DNA from: Tubiluchus corallicola | Lineage: Eukaryota; Animalia; Priapulida | Assembly (NCBI GenBank): GCA_030141605.1 | Contig: JAQGDQ010001148.1 | Span: 1 to 59,380 of the forward strand | Length of the DNA: 59,380 nt | Direction: 5' to 3' | Translations under genes and position numbers: made by a program | Part shown: positions 55,901-59,380 of the stretch, in pieces | How positions within the stretch are numbered: position 1 is the stretch's first letter | How the letters are laid out: every line of letters begins with the position of its first letter | The notes under the pieces: model-generated | What the model was told of the DNA's origin: nothing | The model's database searches: none | The model's input: the letters and a program-made list of their open reading frames with translations, nothing else

Positions 55901-58900
55901 TAGTTATTCTCTAGTTATGGCTCTTCGTGGTTCAAAATTTAGAAAGCATAAGCTAATATCCTTTGTCATGTTCACACAACATGTGCTTCTGTAAAGGTAG
56001 AGCGAAGGCATAGAAAAAAAAGTTGCGTTTAAAAATGGTTGCAATGAAGAAACACAAAAGGAAGCTATTACCAAATATTTAAATAATATTTCAAGAATTA
56101 AGAGCAGACACGACGAAATGATTTTTTTAAATTACAAACAAATGACAATAACAATGTTTAGTGACCTGCTAGATAAAATGAAAATTTCACTTGTCATACA
56201 AAAGAGTAACACCTACGTCACAGCTTGAGGGTAAATTTCGTGCATATAATATAATAATTTTTGATATCTCGCCTCTTTGGTTTGTCAATTATTATAAGGA
56301 CCAGAAGAAACTTTCGATCAGATTTCCTTGAATTTCTGCCTTCTGGTACCTGTGTATCTATAAATCTTATTATGAATTCCCTGTTCCTTTCTAGGCGCCC
56401 TGTCTTCATTTCACCATGCAGCCACAAACATCAGTTTCCGCACCAATGTTAATTATTTGTTATTAGATGTTGTAAACATGGTGTCTTTCTTAATGTGTCA
56501 TTGCATAGGTACCACCTTTGTCATTTTAAAGTAAATATAGAAAAGCTGTTACTACATGTATCTACAAATGAAATAGACAGTAAGTCCATACTTTTGTAAT
56601 GAATGAGCACAGAATACGTACAGAATGAGTTATTACATGTCATTAACTGTTATACATGTTTTTTTGAGTTGTTGTTAATTTTGCTAAACAATTGTTAAGT
56701 TAATTTTTAATAAAATATTTTGCACTTCACTTACAACTTAATATGAATCAGGCATATCAAACTAAAATAAAATATAGTAGTAGTTGTTTGTCCCAATATT
56801 TTATTGTTAAGATGTTTGAGTTGCCATTTTTCTGTTTCAGATTATAGAAGTTGCTGAGGAGGGAAAAAATTGCTGTTTTCTAGTGTCAAGTCAGTTGCCT
56901 ATTTCTTCTGTTTCGTCAATATCAGTTGTTAGCAGGTGCTACATGAAAAAAAGCTCACATAGGATTACAATTACTTGAGAAGAACAGTATTTGTTCCAAA
57001 CATTTAGGTAAAGATCACAACTTGTTTTCTAGTCTAAAATGAAGTATAGTACAATGTTAATAATAATGTTTCCTGTATGTCAAATCACAGAGGCAGCGCA
57101 AACGTCTTTTTCGTTTACTTATCACCTATTTGAGTGAATGTGTTCTGCCCTGTGCCTCACCTCTTTCTTTACCAAAGGAAGTATTCAAAAATTAGGTAAA
57201 TGATTTCTCTAGTTATGGCGCTTCGTGATTCAAAATTTAGAAAGCATAAGCTAATATGCTTTGTCACGTTCACACAACATGTGCTTCTGTAAAGGTAGAG
57301 CGAAGACATAGAAAAAATGTTGCGTGTTTAAAATGGTTGCAACGAAGAAACACAAAAGGAAGCTATCACCAAATATTTCAAGAATTAAGAGCAGACACGA
57401 CCAAATGATTTTTTAAATTACAAGCAAATGACAATAACAATGTTTAGTGACCTGCTAGATAAAATGAAAATTTCGCTTGTCATACAAAAGAGTAAAACCA
57501 ACGTCAGAGCTTGAGGGTAAATTTCGTGCATATAATATAATAATTTTTGATATCCCACCTCTTTGGTTTGTCAATTATTATAAGGACCAGCAGAAACTTT
57601 CGATCAGATTTTTTTGAATTTCTACCTTCTGGTACCTGTGTATCTATAAATCTTATTATGAATTCCGTATTCCTTTCTAGGCGCTCTGTCTTCATTTCAC
57701 CATGCAGCCACAAACATCAGTTTCCGCACCAATGTTAATTAGTTATTATTAGATGTTGTAAACATGGTGTCTTTCTTAATTGTGTCATTGCATAGGTACC
57801 ACCTTTGTCATTTTAAAGCAAATATAGAAAAGCTGTTACTACATGTATCTACAAATGAAATAGACAGTAAGTCCATACTTTTGTAGAGAATGAGCACAGA
57901 ATACGTACAGAATGAGTTATTACATGTAATGGACTGTTATACGTGTATTTATGAGTTGTTGTTAATTTTGCTAAACAATTTTTAAGTTAATTTTTAATAA
58001 AATATTTTGCACTTCACTTACAACTTAATATGAATCAGGCATATCAAACTAAAATAAAATATAGTAGTAGTTGTTTGTCCCAATATTTTATTGTTAAGAT
58101 GTTTGAGTTGCCATTTTTCTGTTTCAGATTATAGAAGTTGCTGATGAGGGAAAAAACTTGCTGTTTTCTAGTGTCAACTCTGTTGCCTATTTCTTCTGTT
58201 TCGTCAATGGCAGTTGTTAGCAGGTGCTACATGCAAAAAAGCTCACATAGGCTTACTATTACTTGAGAAGAACAGTATTTGTTCCAAACACTTACGTAAA
58301 GATCACAAGTTGTTTCCTAGTCTAAAATGAAGTAAAGTACAATGTTAATAATAATGTTTCCTGTGTGTCAAATCACAGAGGCAGTGCAAACGTCTTTTTC
58401 GTTTATTTATCACCTATTTGAGAGAATGTGTTCTGCCCTGTGCTTCACGTCTTTCTTTACCAAATGAAGTATTCAAAAATTAGGTAAATGATTTCTCTAG
58501 TTATTCTCTACTTATGGCGCTTCGTGGTGCAAAATTTAGAAAGCATAAGCTAATATGCTTTGTCACGTTCGCACAACATGTGCTTCTGTAAAAGTTGAGC
58601 GAAGGCATAGAAAAAATGTTGCGTGTTAAAATGGTTGCAACGAAGAAACACAAAAGGAAGCTATTACCAAATATTTCAAGAATTAAGAGCAGACACGACG
58701 AAATGATTTTTTTAAATTACAAGCAAATGACGCCAACAATGTTTAGTGACCTGTTAGATAAAATGAAAATTTCACTTGTCATACAAAAGAGTAATACTTA
58801 CATCAGATCTTGAGGGTAAATTACGTGCATATAATGTAATAATTTTTGATATCCCACCTCTTTGGTTTGTCAATTATTATAAGGACCAGAAGAAACTTTC

Positions 58901-59380
58901 TATAAGCTTTCTATGAATTTCTACCTTCTGGTACCTGTGTATCTATAAATCTTATTGTGAATTCCCTATTCCTTTCTAGGCGCTCTGTCTTCATTTCACC
59001 ATGCAGCCACAAACATGAGTTTCTGCACCAATGTTAATTAGTTGTTATTAGATGTTGTAAACATGGTGTCTTTTTTAATTGTGTCATTGCATAGGTACCA
59101 CCTTTGTCATTTTAAAGCAAATATAGAAAAGCTGTTACTACATGCATCTACATATGAAATAGACAGTAAGACCATACTTTTATAGAGAATGAGCACAAAA
59201 TACCTACAGAATGAGTTATTACATGTAATGGACTGTTATACGTGTATTTATGAGTTGTTGTTAATTTTGCTAAACAATTTTTAAATTAATTTTTAATAAA
59301 ATATTTTGCACTTCACTTACAACTTAATATGAATCAGGCATATCAAACTAAAATAAAATATAGTAGTAATTGTTTGTCCC
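49943..59380. repeat. Large tandem array, ~1.29-1.31-kb unit, at least 7.3 copies, runs off the window
   Basis: The anchor ACAAACATCAGTTTCCGCACCA recurs at 49943, 51243, 52530, 53826, 55114, 56424, 57710 and (diverged) 59009. The same short ORFs recur in each unit. Confidence 0.98.
50736..51036 (+). pseudogene. Decayed PIF/Harbinger transposase N-terminal fragment, present in every array unit
   Basis: Across frameshifts: MALRDSKFRKHKLICFVTF...RRHRK..KWLQRRNTKGSYHQIFQELRAD (read in unit 2, 52151-52216) and DEMIFLNYKQMTITMFSDLLDKMKISLVIQKSNT. This fits the Harbinger transposase N-terminal pattern WLxRRxxxGxYxxLxxEL..DxxxFxNYxRMxxxxFxxLL...IxKxxT as I recall it. Confidence 0.7.

Overview
AT-rich eukaryotic genomic DNA with GT-AG introns, most likely from an invertebrate animal; the taxon cannot be fixed from sequence alone. 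By hand-splicing I find: (1) exon 1 of a secreted PAN/apple-domain protein (+, 4660); (2) the 3' part of an unusual collagen-like gene (-) whose ~335-aa Gly-X-Y region, about half Gly-Pro-Ser, sits in one 1029-nt exon and is followed by a Cys-X-Cys plus basic C-terminal exon; (3) three complete 7-exon S1A (trypsin/chymotrypsin-fold) serine protease genes with identical intron phases but different S1 pockets (two on -, one on +). The rest is repeat-rich: hAT and Kolobok-like MITEs (one nested pair), a CR1/L2-like tail, a dozen minisatellites, a 1.7-kb trinucleotide tract, a perfect 60-bp palindrome, and a ~1.3-kb-unit tandem array running off the right edge whose unit carries a decayed PIF/Harbinger transposase N-terminus. 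Most long ORFs in the supplied track are repeat artefacts. I see no CRISPR array, rRNA or tRNA, and no clearly new biological system. The best leads are the collagen, the Harbinger-derived array and a triplicated splice donor. All family assignments are by eye, with no database search.
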